Below, piece after piece: positions 26,279 to 34,315 of a DNA stretch of 64,000 nt. The translations under genes and the position numbers were made by a program. The notes under the pieces are model-generated. The model was not told the origin of the DNA, did not search any database, and saw only the letters and a program-made list of their open reading frames with translations. The DNA is from Jiangellaceae bacterium (GTDB lineage: Bacteria > Actinomycetota > Actinomycetes > Jiangellales > Jiangellaceae): the NCBI GenBank assembly GCA_036566745.1, contig DATCVR010000339.1:2580-66579 (forward strand), read 5' to 3'. How positions within the stretch are numbered: position 1 is the first letter of the stretch; each line of letters begins with the position of its first letter.

Positions 26279-28303
26279 TCAGGCCCCCTGGTCGTCGGCG
26301 AGGAAGGACAGGAGGTTGACCGCGATGGTGTCCGGCATGATCGCCATGCCGCCGTACCTGCCGGTGGTGGAGTTGTGGGTGTCCGGCAGGCACAGGTCGA
26401 ATCGGCCCTCGCGGTAGGCGTCGAGGGTCGCGGGCAGGTTGTGTGGGCGCCACGAGTCGTCGTCATGATCGAGCAGCCAGCGCACCGCGGCCCAGGTGAC
26501 GCCCTTCTGGAAGCGTCGCCAGTCGATCTCCGGATCCGCCTCGGCGAGATCCAGACCATGCGCGATGGCCAGCGCGAATGTCGCCAGCACCTCCCACTGC
26601 ACGTGGTCGCGTACCCAGTGCGCGAAGTACCAGTCCGACGAGCACAGGCAGGGCTTGGTGTTGTAGAGCATCGGGGTGTCGCGCGGCTCCCACAGGTGGG
26701 TGAACGCGAGCAGGGTACGCAGCCAGTGGGCCGCGCGAGCCCGGTACCGGGCGTCGCCGAAGACCCGGTGGCCCAGCTCGTAGGCCACCGCGGCGTGACC
26801 GGCGGCGAGGAGGTTGGGTGCGTGCAGGGGCGTCTCCCAGAAGTCGCCACCCTCGGGCCGGTGCAGGTCGAGGCACGCGTCGAGGGCCCGCCGGGCGCCC
26901 TCGGCGAAGGCCTTGTCGCCGGTGGCGTCGTGCAGCTCGAAGAGCCGGATCGCCGGGGTCATGCTCAGGTCGAGGGCGGTGTCGCCGGCCAGGCCCATCG
27001 GCGCCACGAGGTCGCGCGCCACCACGAAGTCGTCCTTGCTCTTGTGTCGGCCGTCCGGCTCGAAGGCGAAGGTGCCGTCGTCGCGCTGGTGGGACAGCAG
27101 CTCGTGCCCCTCGGCACGCAGTTCGTCGACGCCGGGCTCGACGCGCGGAGGCAGGGTGGCCAGCTGGTCGACCAGGTGCCGGGAATGCGGGCTCTGCGGG
27201 AACCGCTCGACGTAGCCCGCCGCGAACGCGGGCGCGGTGGGACGGACGTCGGTCGGGGTCTGCGCGGGTCCGTAGCCGCGGCCGTCGTGCCAGAGGTGGG
27301 TGGTGACCGCCTCGGCGATGCGGTGCAGGGTCTCCTCCAGCGGCCACCGTGGCGCCGGAGGCTCGGGCAGGCCGTGCCGGAGCACCCAGTCGGTGACGGC
27401 GTCGAGGCTGCGTCCGGCAACGACGCTGATCTCGGCGCCGAGCTCGATCCGCTGGCCCTTGTGCAGTTCCATCGGCGGATCGGCGTGCCAGCCGTCGCCG
27501 GAGAGGTCGCGCGCCTCCGGCAGCATGAGCCCGAGCAGTGAGTTGTCGCGGCGCTCGACCACGTTCGGCGAGGAGAACACCGGCTGGGGGTGCTCGCGGC
27601 TCATGCTGAACCAGCCGGTGGCGTCCTGGTCGGGATCCCACGACAGCGCCACCGCGGTGCCGTGGTGCGACACCGCCATGACCGGCACCGACACCGTCTG
27701 GCGATGGGGGACCGTCCGCATCGCCCACGGGTCGCGGAACCAGTCGGTGCCGCTGGTCCACTCCCGGTCCAGCGCCCACTCGACCCCCGGCAGCAGGGCG
27801 TCGTCGCGGGCCGCTCCGAACGAGCCCTCGCCCACCCGCAGCCAGGGCCCGCGCAGGTAACGCACATAGAGGTCGGCCTGCGACTCCAGCCGATAGTCGA
27901 GCCGGAGCCGGGCCGCCGTGGCGTCGAGGGTGAGGGTGACCCGGCCGGTGATCGCCGGACCGTCGAAGGGCGAGCCGATCCAGCTGCCGAAGGACGTGGT
28001 GCGCAGCGCGTCGGCCACCACCATCGACCGGACCTCGAACGCCAGCTGCTGCTCGCCTTCGGCGCCGGCGCTCGACTCGACCTCGGCCGCCTCCAGCCGC
28101 ACCGGCACCGGCGAGTCCCGCAGCGACAGCTCGCCGAGGTGGTCGAGCACACCCAGCAGGGTGCCGTCCTGAGCGACGAGCTCGGCCCAGCCCCAGCCGG
28201 TGGTGCGGCGGTGCGCCTCCACCCGCAGGGCGTGGTTGGCGATCACCCGCGTGTCGTGTCCGTACACCGCGTGGCGATAGCGCGGCTGGGCCGGGGTCGG
28301 CAT
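26279..28303 (-). CDS. Hypothetical 674-aa cytoplasmic protein with no family assignable by eye (beta-rich N-terminal half, helical repeat/toroid-like C-terminal half)
   Basis: Strong SD (CCAGGAGGCCACGATG), high GC3, tight packing between the amidohydrolase and GH78 genes. The C-terminal half is rich in helical G-x-A-x repeats, plus HQRDDGTFAF. Confidence 0.7.
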   Translation of the reverse strand: MPTPAQPRYRHAVYGHDTRVIANHALRVEAHRRTTGWGWAELVAQDGTLLGVLDHLGELSLRDSPVPVRLEAAEVESSAGAEGEQQLAFEVRSMVVADALRTTSFGSWIGSPFDGPAITGRVTLTLDATAARLRLDYRLESQADLYVRYLRGPWLRVGEGSFGAARDDALLPGVEWALDREWTSGTDWFRDPWAMRTVPHRQTVSVPVMAVSHHGTAVALSWDPDQDATGWFSMSREHPQPVFSSPNVVERRDNSLLGLMLPEARDLSGDGWHADPPMELHKGQRIELGAEISVVAGRSLDAVTDWVLRHGLPEPPAPRWPLEETLHRIAEAVTTHLWHDGRGYGPAQTPTDVRPTAPAFAAGYVERFPQSPHSRHLVDQLATLPPRVEPGVDELRAEGHELLSHQRDDGTFAFEPDGRHKSKDDFVVARDLVAPMGLAGDTALDLSMTPAIRLFELHDATGDKAFAEGARRALDACLDLHRPEGGDFWETPLHAPNLLAAGHAAVAYELGHRVFGDARYRARAAHWLRTLLAFTHLWEPRDTPMLYNTKPCLCSSDWYFAHWVRDHVQWEVLATFALAIAHGLDLAEADPEIDWRRFQKGVTWAAVRWLLDHDDDSWRPHNLPATLDAYREGRFDLCLPDTHNSTTGRYGGMAIMPDTIAVNLLSFLADDQGA

Positions 28304-28351
28304 CGTGGCCTCCTGGGTTCCTGGATCGGGCGGGCGGGGCAGCTGGCCCGG

Positions 28352-29251
28352 TCAGGGGAGCGGCGTGGCAGCGGGCACGGTGGAGGGCCGGCGGGTGCGC
28401 AGGACCTGGTCGAGGGTGCCGCCCAGCACGAGCCCCAGCTCGATCGCGTCCCACCACGGTGAGAGGTCGCGCACGACGGCCAGGGACTGGGTGTACGTGA
28501 GATGGGTGCGCGCGGCCGGGAAGTCCGATCCCCAGGCCAGCCGGTGCGCGCCGAAGGCGTGGGCGATCGGCCGGGTGATCCGCTCACGCGCCTCGGCGTA
28601 CGGAAAGCTCCACGACGGCACCGTCAGGTAGTGGTACCCCGAGATCTTGACGTGCACGTTCGGCAGCTCCGCGAGGGCGAGCAGGGCGGCGAGGTCGGCG
28701 TCGAAGGTGGGCGAGTCCAGCCGGACGCCGCCCTGGTGGTGCAGCAGGATCGGCAGGCTCGGATGACGTCGCGCGACCTCACGCAGCGCGGCGAACCAGG
28801 CCGGCGTCACCGCGAGCGAGGCCACCAGGTCGAGCTCGGCCGCCGCGGCGAAGAACTCCAGCCCGTCGTCGTGGGCGAACCATCCGTCGTCGGTGTCGCC
28901 GACGTAGTGGGTGAACGCGCCCAGCTCGTAGCGCTCGACGCTCTCGCGGAGCCGTTCGGCCGCGCCGGGGCGGTGGTGTTCCGGCCGCCACACGCAGTCG
29001 ACGTCGGCGACCACGACCAGCCGGTCCGGATGCCGGGCGGCCGCCGCGGCGACGTAGTCGTTGTCGTCGTCGTTGGCGAAGTCGGGGCCGATCTCGTGCC
29101 CGATGCGCGCACACACGACGGCCGCGCGTTCGACGTCGTGCCGGTCCATCTCGTAGAGCAGGGCCTCGACGGAGCCCTTGTGGTCGGCGTCGGGTACCCG
29201 CGCGTCGTAGGGCCAGCGTCGCCAGGCATGGCAGTGGCTGTCGAGGATCAC
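28352..29251 (-). CDS. Amidohydrolase-2 family protein (second copy in the window)
   Basis: VILDSHCHAW metal motif, LLHHQGG, WGSDFP. GTG start at 29251 after GAGG. Confidence 0.75.
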   Translation of the reverse strand: MILDSHCHAWRRWPYDARVPDADHKGSVEALLYEMDRHDVERAAVVCARIGHEIGPDFANDDDNDYVAAAAARHPDRLVVVADVDCVWRPEHHRPGAAERLRESVERYELGAFTHYVGDTDDGWFAHDDGLEFFAAAAELDLVASLAVTPAWFAALREVARRHPSLPILLHHQGGVRLDSPTFDADLAALLALAELPNVHVKISGYHYLTVPSWSFPYAEARERITRPIAHAFGAHRLAWGSDFPAARTHLTYTQSLAVVRDLSPWWDAIELGLVLGGTLDQVLRTRRPSTVPAATPLP

Positions 29252-29259
29252 TCGTGGCC

Positions 29260-29592
29260 TCAGATGAGGTGGCGCCGGGCCGCCCAGGCCACGACCTGGA
29301 TGGTGCTGACGACGCCGAGACGGTCGCACATCGCCCGTGAGCGCCGGCGGATGGTGCGGTCGGACAGGTCCAGGCGCCGGGCGATGGCCTCGATGCACAG
29401 GCCGTCGGCGAACAGCGAGAGCAGCGCCAGCTCGTCGACGGTGAAGACGGGCGGACGCGCGCCGTCGGCCGCGGTCACGGTCGAGCCCGCGGCCGGCGCC
29501 GTGTCGCCCTCGAGCGGCGGGCAGACGCGCAGATGCGGGTGTCGGTCCTGCGTGGGGTGGGCCACCGGGGCGGAAGAACGGTTCAGCGTCAT
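29260..29592 (-). CDS. LuxR/GerE-type HTH protein with no receiver or ligand domain (110 aa 'solo' DNA-binding domain)
   Basis: C-terminal FTVDELALLSLFADGLCIEAIARRLDLSDRTIRRRSRAMCDRLGV fits a GerE HTH. The N-terminal 50 aa are low complexity. Confidence 0.6.
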   Translation of the reverse strand: MTLNRSSAPVAHPTQDRHPHLRVCPPLEGDTAPAAGSTVTAADGARPPVFTVDELALLSLFADGLCIEAIARRLDLSDRTIRRRSRAMCDRLGVVSTIQVVAWAARRHLI

Positions 29593-29649
29593 GGCGTCGA
29601 CCTGTTCGGGAGAGCGGATTTTCGCCTGATCTGATGTTTCTCAGGTGTG

Positions 29650-29711
29650 AACGTACGGGGTCTACGCGGTGACGGTCAATCGGTGTTCGGTAACTATTTG
29701 ATACGGTTCAA
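29650..29711 (-). promoter_or_regulatory. Candidate promoter (TTGACC-18-TACGTT on the minus strand) with a weaker operator-like site TTGAACCGTATCAA upstream
   Basis: -35 is the complement of 29674-29679 and -10 the complement of 29650-29655. The 14-mer is the complement of 29698-29711. This is a locally AT-rich gap. Confidence 0.35.
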
Positions 29712-29721
29712 CCAGGTGAAC

Positions 29722-29752
29722 GGCCCCGGCCGCGACGAGCGCGACCGGGGCC
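29722..29752 (-). terminator. Hairpin immediately after the secreted-enzyme gene
   Basis: GGCCCCGGCCGCG (29722-29734) pairs with CGCGACCGGGGCC (29740-29752): 13 bp with one mismatch and a 5-nt loop. Confidence 0.5.
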
Positions 29753-29769
29753 GAATCTGGCCGGCGGGC

Positions 29770-32700
29770 TCAGGCGTCCGCGCCGAACCAGCCGATCGAG
29801 TCGACCTGGAAGTGCGGGTTCCAGGTTGGGTAGTCGGCTCCCACGGCGTGCATGGTCACCTCGACGTGATCGACGGACGAGCGCCCCGCCCAGCCCGAGA
29901 CGTCGAGCGACACCTCGTTCCAGCCGTCCGGCGCGTAGGGCTCGGTGACGGTGAGCGTGTCCGTCCCCGAGGCCAGCGTGAACGTGACCTCGTAGCTCGT
30001 CGCGCCCGGCGCGCCGCCGTAGGAGTTGACGTACGCGACCACCGTCGCCGCGTCGCCGAGGTCGATCGGTTCGGCGGCGTCGACGAACATCGTCTTGGGC
30101 GCCAGCGACGATCCCACCGTCGCGGCCCCGTCCAGGGCGTGCGATCCGCTCTGGGGCGAGCCCGGGCCGTTGGCCGTGGAGGTCACGGCCGCCACCGAGT
30201 CCATGCCCTCACCGGCCTGCCAACCCTGGACCGTGCCGTCGTCGAAGTCGTAGATCGGCGTCGCGACGGGCACCGGCTTGGGCGGGACGTCGACCTTCTC
30301 CGCGTACTGCCGGGTGGCGATCGAGAAGCACATCGTCGGGTCGTACGGGTCGGCCGGCGCGGAGCCGGTGACCGTCACCGTGAAGGTCCGGCTCTCGCCC
30401 GGAGCGAGGCCCTGGGCGCCGAGTTCGGCCGGGCTGACCCGGATCCCGTCGCACGCCTTGACCTCGATCTCCTCCTCGAGCGGGCTGAGGTCGTCGTTGC
30501 GCACCGTGACCTCCACGGACTCGCCCACGCCGATCCCGCCGGTCGCGGCCGCGTCGATCTCGACGTTGACCGCGCGATCGGCACCGGCGAGCTGGCGAGC
30601 CACCTGGACGTCGTCGAGGTCGACGTGTCCGGACCACTCGGCGTTCGTGTCTCCGCGTGCCCAGACCTTGATCCGCGCGATCGAGCTGCGCCCGTCCCAG
30701 CCGGACAGGTCGACGCTGACCCGCTGCCAGTCGCCGTTCTCGGGCAATCGGGCCGTGCCTTCGGCGACGCTGCCATCGGCGCCGTACACCTTGACCTTGG
30801 CGTAGCGGGACCCGATGTCGGCGTCCGCGGGGATTCGCACCCTCAGGCTGAGCGCCGTCGCCGACGACGCGTCGAGCGGCTCGGGGAGGACGACGTCGGT
30901 GCCCCTCCAGAGCTTGGCCAGGTTGGCCGCCATGCCTGCCTCGTAGGTGAAGCTGGTGCGCAGGAATCCGCCGGTGGCCGCCACGGTGTTGGCCGCGTCC
31001 GAGGTCCGCCAGCCCTGGGTGCCGTCGGAGAAGTCGGACACCGTGGTGGTCTTCCTGGGCGTGGCGGTGCTGCTCGCCCCGACCGTCACCGGGAGGTCAC
31101 GTACCGCCAGCGCGTCCGGATCCCAGCCGTCGACCACCTCGGACCAGTCGTCGATCCCGATGACGTCGAGGGCGAAGTCGGTGACCTCGAGCGAGCGCTC
31201 GGTGTCGATGTACTTGAACACGTCGTAGATCAGCTTCTGCTCGGCGGGCGGTGCGGGCGCGTCGACCGTGTCGTCCCACCACCACAGCCCCAGCCGCAGT
31301 CCGCCCTCGACCTTGTGGTCGACGTGGCGGTGCAGGATGAAGGAGTCGATCGCGGGCAGGAAGCGGATCTTGTAGTACGCCAGCGCATAACAGGCGGCCT
31401 GCAGCTTCTCCGCCTCGGCCGACGTCCCCGGGGTGTTGCAGCCCTGCTCGGAGAGGATGACGCGACGCGGCTGGCCGTTGTACAGCTGCTCGTCTCGGAG
31501 CAGGTACTCGTTGAGCACCTCGATGTTCTTGAACGTGATGCGCTCGGTGGTCTCCGGGTCCGGCGTGGCCGTCACGTCCTCCCAGAACGCCGGATCCAGC
31601 AGGTTCTCCGGGTAGGGGTGGTGGGCGATGTACCAGGGGTAATCGCCGTGTGCCTTGGTCAGCGCGTTCAGCCCGTCCACCACGTCGCGGCCCGGATAGA
31701 AGCGTCCGGGCGGGTCGGTCGGTCCGCTGGCGGTGCGCCACGAGTGGGTCAGCGAGGTGTAGGTGCGAGCCTCGTCGTAGGCCGTGCGGGTGGCGAGGTA
31801 GGTGATCCGCAGGGCCCGCTCGTAGGCGAGCAGGAATTCGTCGAGCGTCTTGACTCCCATGTTCTGCCACACCCACTGCGCGTCGACCTCGTTGCCGACG
31901 ATGAAGCCGGTGGCGCGGCCGAACTGCTGGTCCTCGCGGGTGTAGCGCTCGGCCAGGAACTCGATCGCGGCCGTGTAGTACGCCACCCCCTCGGCGGTCT
32001 CGGTGTTGAAGCCGAATACCGGGCCGCCGCTGAGGTCGGCGTCGGGGTGCTTGAGCACCGGCCAGGCGGAGTTGGCCGCCCCGTCGCGGTACAGGATGAG
32101 GATGAGGTTCACCACCGCGCCGTTGTCCGACAGCGGCTTGATCTGGCGGTCGAGTCCGGCCACGGCGTCGGCGTCGAAGTAGTACTCCGTGCCGTTCGAC
32201 GTGAACGGGATCGACTGCCCGTCGCCCTTGTCCTCGAGCTGCATGAGCGAGTTGAACGCGACGTTGATGCCCGCGTGGCCGATGCCCAGCTCCTCGGCGT
32301 CCGCGGTCAGCTGGACCTGCAGCCCCTTCTTGGTGGGGCTGTCGGGATAGGGGAACTGGTTGGTGGAAGTGATCTGGACGTCGTCGACGTAGTGGTACGT
32401 CCCGAGGGCGGCACCGTCGGCGACGGCCAGGTACTTGGCGTAGTAGAGGTCACGCTCGCCCGAGGTGCGGGCGACGTCCGCGCTGAAGGTGCCGTCTGCG
32501 GCGGTCGTGACGGTGGCGACCGGCTCGCCCGAGGCCCACGACGACTCGTCGGCCTCGGTGGCGAGCGCGTAGAGGTCCACGGTCGATCCGGCGGCCGCGA
32601 GGCCCGAGACCGTGACGGCCGCGTCGGTGGCGCGCACGCTCGTCACACCGGTTCCGGCCGCTGCCGGGGAGGCGGGTGGCGCCTCGCCGGCGGTGCTGGT

Positions 32701-32799
32701 GGGTGCGGCGACGGCTGGCGTGCCGGCCAGGGCGCTCCAGCCCAGCGCTAGTGCGAGCAGCGGCGACAACGTGGTGCGGAGGTGACGGGGTCTTCGCAT
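29770..32799 (-). CDS. Secreted multidomain glycoside-hydrolase-like protein (signal peptide, Ig-like domain, clan-GH-A-like TIM barrel, repeated beta-sandwich/CBM-like modules)
   Basis: Signal peptide MRRPRHLRTTLSPLLALALGWSALAGTPAVAA. FIVGNEVD (Asn-Glu acid/base-like) and VILSEQG (nucleophile-like). Two D-F-[SD]-D-G-T-Q-G-W module starts. My recollection is that the barrel resembles Pfam DUF5722 (unverified). Confidence 0.8.
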   Translation of the reverse strand: MRRPRHLRTTLSPLLALALGWSALAGTPAVAAPTSTAGEAPPASPAAAGTGVTSVRATDAAVTVSGLAAAGSTVDLYALATEADESSWASGEPVATVTTAADGTFSADVARTSGERDLYYAKYLAVADGAALGTYHYVDDVQITSTNQFPYPDSPTKKGLQVQLTADAEELGIGHAGINVAFNSLMQLEDKGDGQSIPFTSNGTEYYFDADAVAGLDRQIKPLSDNGAVVNLILILYRDGAANSAWPVLKHPDADLSGGPVFGFNTETAEGVAYYTAAIEFLAERYTREDQQFGRATGFIVGNEVDAQWVWQNMGVKTLDEFLLAYERALRITYLATRTAYDEARTYTSLTHSWRTASGPTDPPGRFYPGRDVVDGLNALTKAHGDYPWYIAHHPYPENLLDPAFWEDVTATPDPETTERITFKNIEVLNEYLLRDEQLYNGQPRRVILSEQGCNTPGTSAEAEKLQAACYALAYYKIRFLPAIDSFILHRHVDHKVEGGLRLGLWWWDDTVDAPAPPAEQKLIYDVFKYIDTERSLEVTDFALDVIGIDDWSEVVDGWDPDALAVRDLPVTVGASSTATPRKTTTVSDFSDGTQGWRTSDAANTVAATGGFLRTSFTYEAGMAANLAKLWRGTDVVLPEPLDASSATALSLRVRIPADADIGSRYAKVKVYGADGSVAEGTARLPENGDWQRVSVDLSGWDGRSSIARIKVWARGDTNAEWSGHVDLDDVQVARQLAGADRAVNVEIDAAATGGIGVGESVEVTVRNDDLSPLEEEIEVKACDGIRVSPAELGAQGLAPGESRTFTVTVTGSAPADPYDPTMCFSIATRQYAEKVDVPPKPVPVATPIYDFDDGTVQGWQAGEGMDSVAAVTSTANGPGSPQSGSHALDGAATVGSSLAPKTMFVDAAEPIDLGDAATVVAYVNSYGGAPGATSYEVTFTLASGTDTLTVTEPYAPDGWNEVSLDVSGWAGRSSVDHVEVTMHAVGADYPTWNPHFQVDSIGWFGADA

Positions 32800-32822
32800 G
32801 GCGGACTCCTGTCCGGCGGGGT

Positions 32823-32866
32823 TGAGACGTTTCAGAGACTGTGGCCCAGCAGGTACCCGGAGGCAA
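32823..32866 (-). promoter_or_regulatory. Operator TGAAACGTCTCA with CAGTCT -10 (minus strand) upstream of the secreted enzyme gene
   Basis: The operator is the complement of 32823-32834, the -10 of 32836-32841, and a possible -35 TTGCCT of 32861-32866 (19-nt spacer). Confidence 0.45.
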
Positions 32867-33064
32867 CGGTCCGCCGGCCCGGTGACCTGATCCGGTCAGG
32901 TGGCGGGCCGGTGCGGGAGCTCTGGTGGGTGAGCCGCCGCGCCATGCCGGACGACACCTGAGCGGTCCCTGACCGGTACCGGCCGGGGCCTCGCGCGATC
33001 GCGGGACGGCTGCCTAGCGTCGGAGCCGCCGAACCCGTTCACGGACCTCCCGAGGAGACCCACG

Positions 33065-34315
33065 ATGACGAACCCGGTACCGCTCGGACTGGTCGGCTGC
33101 GGCGGCATGGGGCAGCGGCACGTCCTCGGCTACGAGGCGCTGCGGGCCACCGGTCACGCCGCCGTCGAGATCGTGGCCGTGTGCGACACCAACGAGGAGA
33201 ACGCCCGGCGCGCCGCCGCCGAGGTGGCACGGGTGGACGGTCGCACGCCGTCGGTCCATCTCAGCGTGGAGTCCGCCCTCGCCGATCCGGCCATCGCCGC
33301 GTTCGACGTGGTCACCGACGCGAGCAGCCACGTCGGCGTCGTCGTCCCGCTGCTCGAGGCCGGCCGGCATGTCATGTCGGAGAAGCCGCTGGGCCTCACC
33401 GTGCGGTCGTGCCGGCGGATGATCGAGCTGGCGGCGAAGGCCGGCGTCGTGCTGGCCACGGCCGAGAACTACCGGCGCGATCCGGTGAACCGGCTGGCCA
33501 AGGCGGTCGTCGACAGCGGACTCCTGGGTGAGCTGCACCTGATGACCCAGACCGCCGTGGGCGGTGACGACCGTATCGTCATCACGCCGTGGCGGCACCT
33601 CAAGGAGCGCGGCGCCATCGGCCTCGACATGGGCGTGCACCTCACCGACATCGTGCGGTACTACCTCGGCGAGATCGAGAGCGTGTTCGGCCGCGGGCTC
33701 ATCGCCGAGCCGGTGCGCCGCCGCCAGCCCGGGCCGGAGCTCGAGCTGGAGTCCTACCGGGCGCGCTTCGCTGAGATCCCCGAGCAGGTGGTGGCCACGG
33801 GCGAGGACTCGGTGATCGCGATGTACCGGATGCGGTCCGGCGTGAGCGTCACCGTGGCCTACGTGCCGTCCGGGCCCGGGCACTCGTACTGGCAGCGCAC
33901 TGTGCACGGGCGGGCGGGGTCGATGGCGGTCCCGGTGGATCGCAGCGGCGGGCCGGTGGAGGTGCGGCGGGCCGCGGGCGTCCTGCGTGGCCGCGAGCTC
34001 CTCGGCGAGCTCGACGGCTTCGAGCTCGACCGCACCACCGCCGAGCTCTTCGGCCCCGGCGGTGTCACCTACGACCTGGCCTCAGCGCAGGTCGACGCTG
34101 CTCTGCTGGCGATCGAGCTGCAGGACTTCGGCGAGGCGATCCAGGCCGGTCGCCCGCCGGAGGTGGACGGGACCGGAGGGCTGAACGCCGTCGCGGCGGT
34201 GCTCGCGGCGTACGAGTCCGACCGGCTCGGGCGCTCGGTCACGATGTCCGAGGTGCTCGACGGATCCGTCTCGGGCTATCAGGACGAGATCGACGCGGCC
34301 CTGGGCTTGCGGTAG
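33065..34315 (+). CDS. Gfo/Idh/MocA-family oxidoreductase
   Basis: LGLVGCGGMGQRH Rossmann motif and HVMSEKPL. SD GAGGAG upstream. Confidence 0.8.
   Translation: MTNPVPLGLVGCGGMGQRHVLGYEALRATGHAAVEIVAVCDTNEENARRAAAEVARVDGRTPSVHLSVESALADPAIAAFDVVTDASSHVGVVVPLLEAGRHVMSEKPLGLTVRSCRRMIELAAKAGVVLATAENYRRDPVNRLAKAVVDSGLLGELHLMTQTAVGGDDRIVITPWRHLKERGAIGLDMGVHLTDIVRYYLGEIESVFGRGLIAEPVRRRQPGPELELESYRARFAEIPEQVVATGEDSVIAMYRMRSGVSVTVAYVPSGPGHSYWQRTVHGRAGSMAVPVDRSGGPVEVRRAAGVLRGRELLGELDGFELDRTTAELFGPGGVTYDLASAQVDAALLAIELQDFGEAIQAGRPPEVDGTGGLNAVAAVLAAYESDRLGRSVTMSEVLDGSVSGYQDEIDAALGLR

Noticed and set aside
28352-29592. LuxR-type protein plus amidohydrolase read as an acyl-homoserine-lactone sensing or quorum-quenching pair.
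   Set aside because: The LuxR-like protein has no autoinducer-binding domain. The amidohydrolase has the HxH...D pattern of the amidohydrolase-2 (sugar lactonase/decarboxylase) group and sits in a glycosidase operon.
29632-29643. TGAGAAACATCA (minus strand), 6 nt after the proposed -10 of the LuxR operon, as an eighth operator.
   Set aside because: Only 3 of 6 half-site positions are symmetric, and the central CG of the other sites is missing. It is too weak to call without a PWM score.
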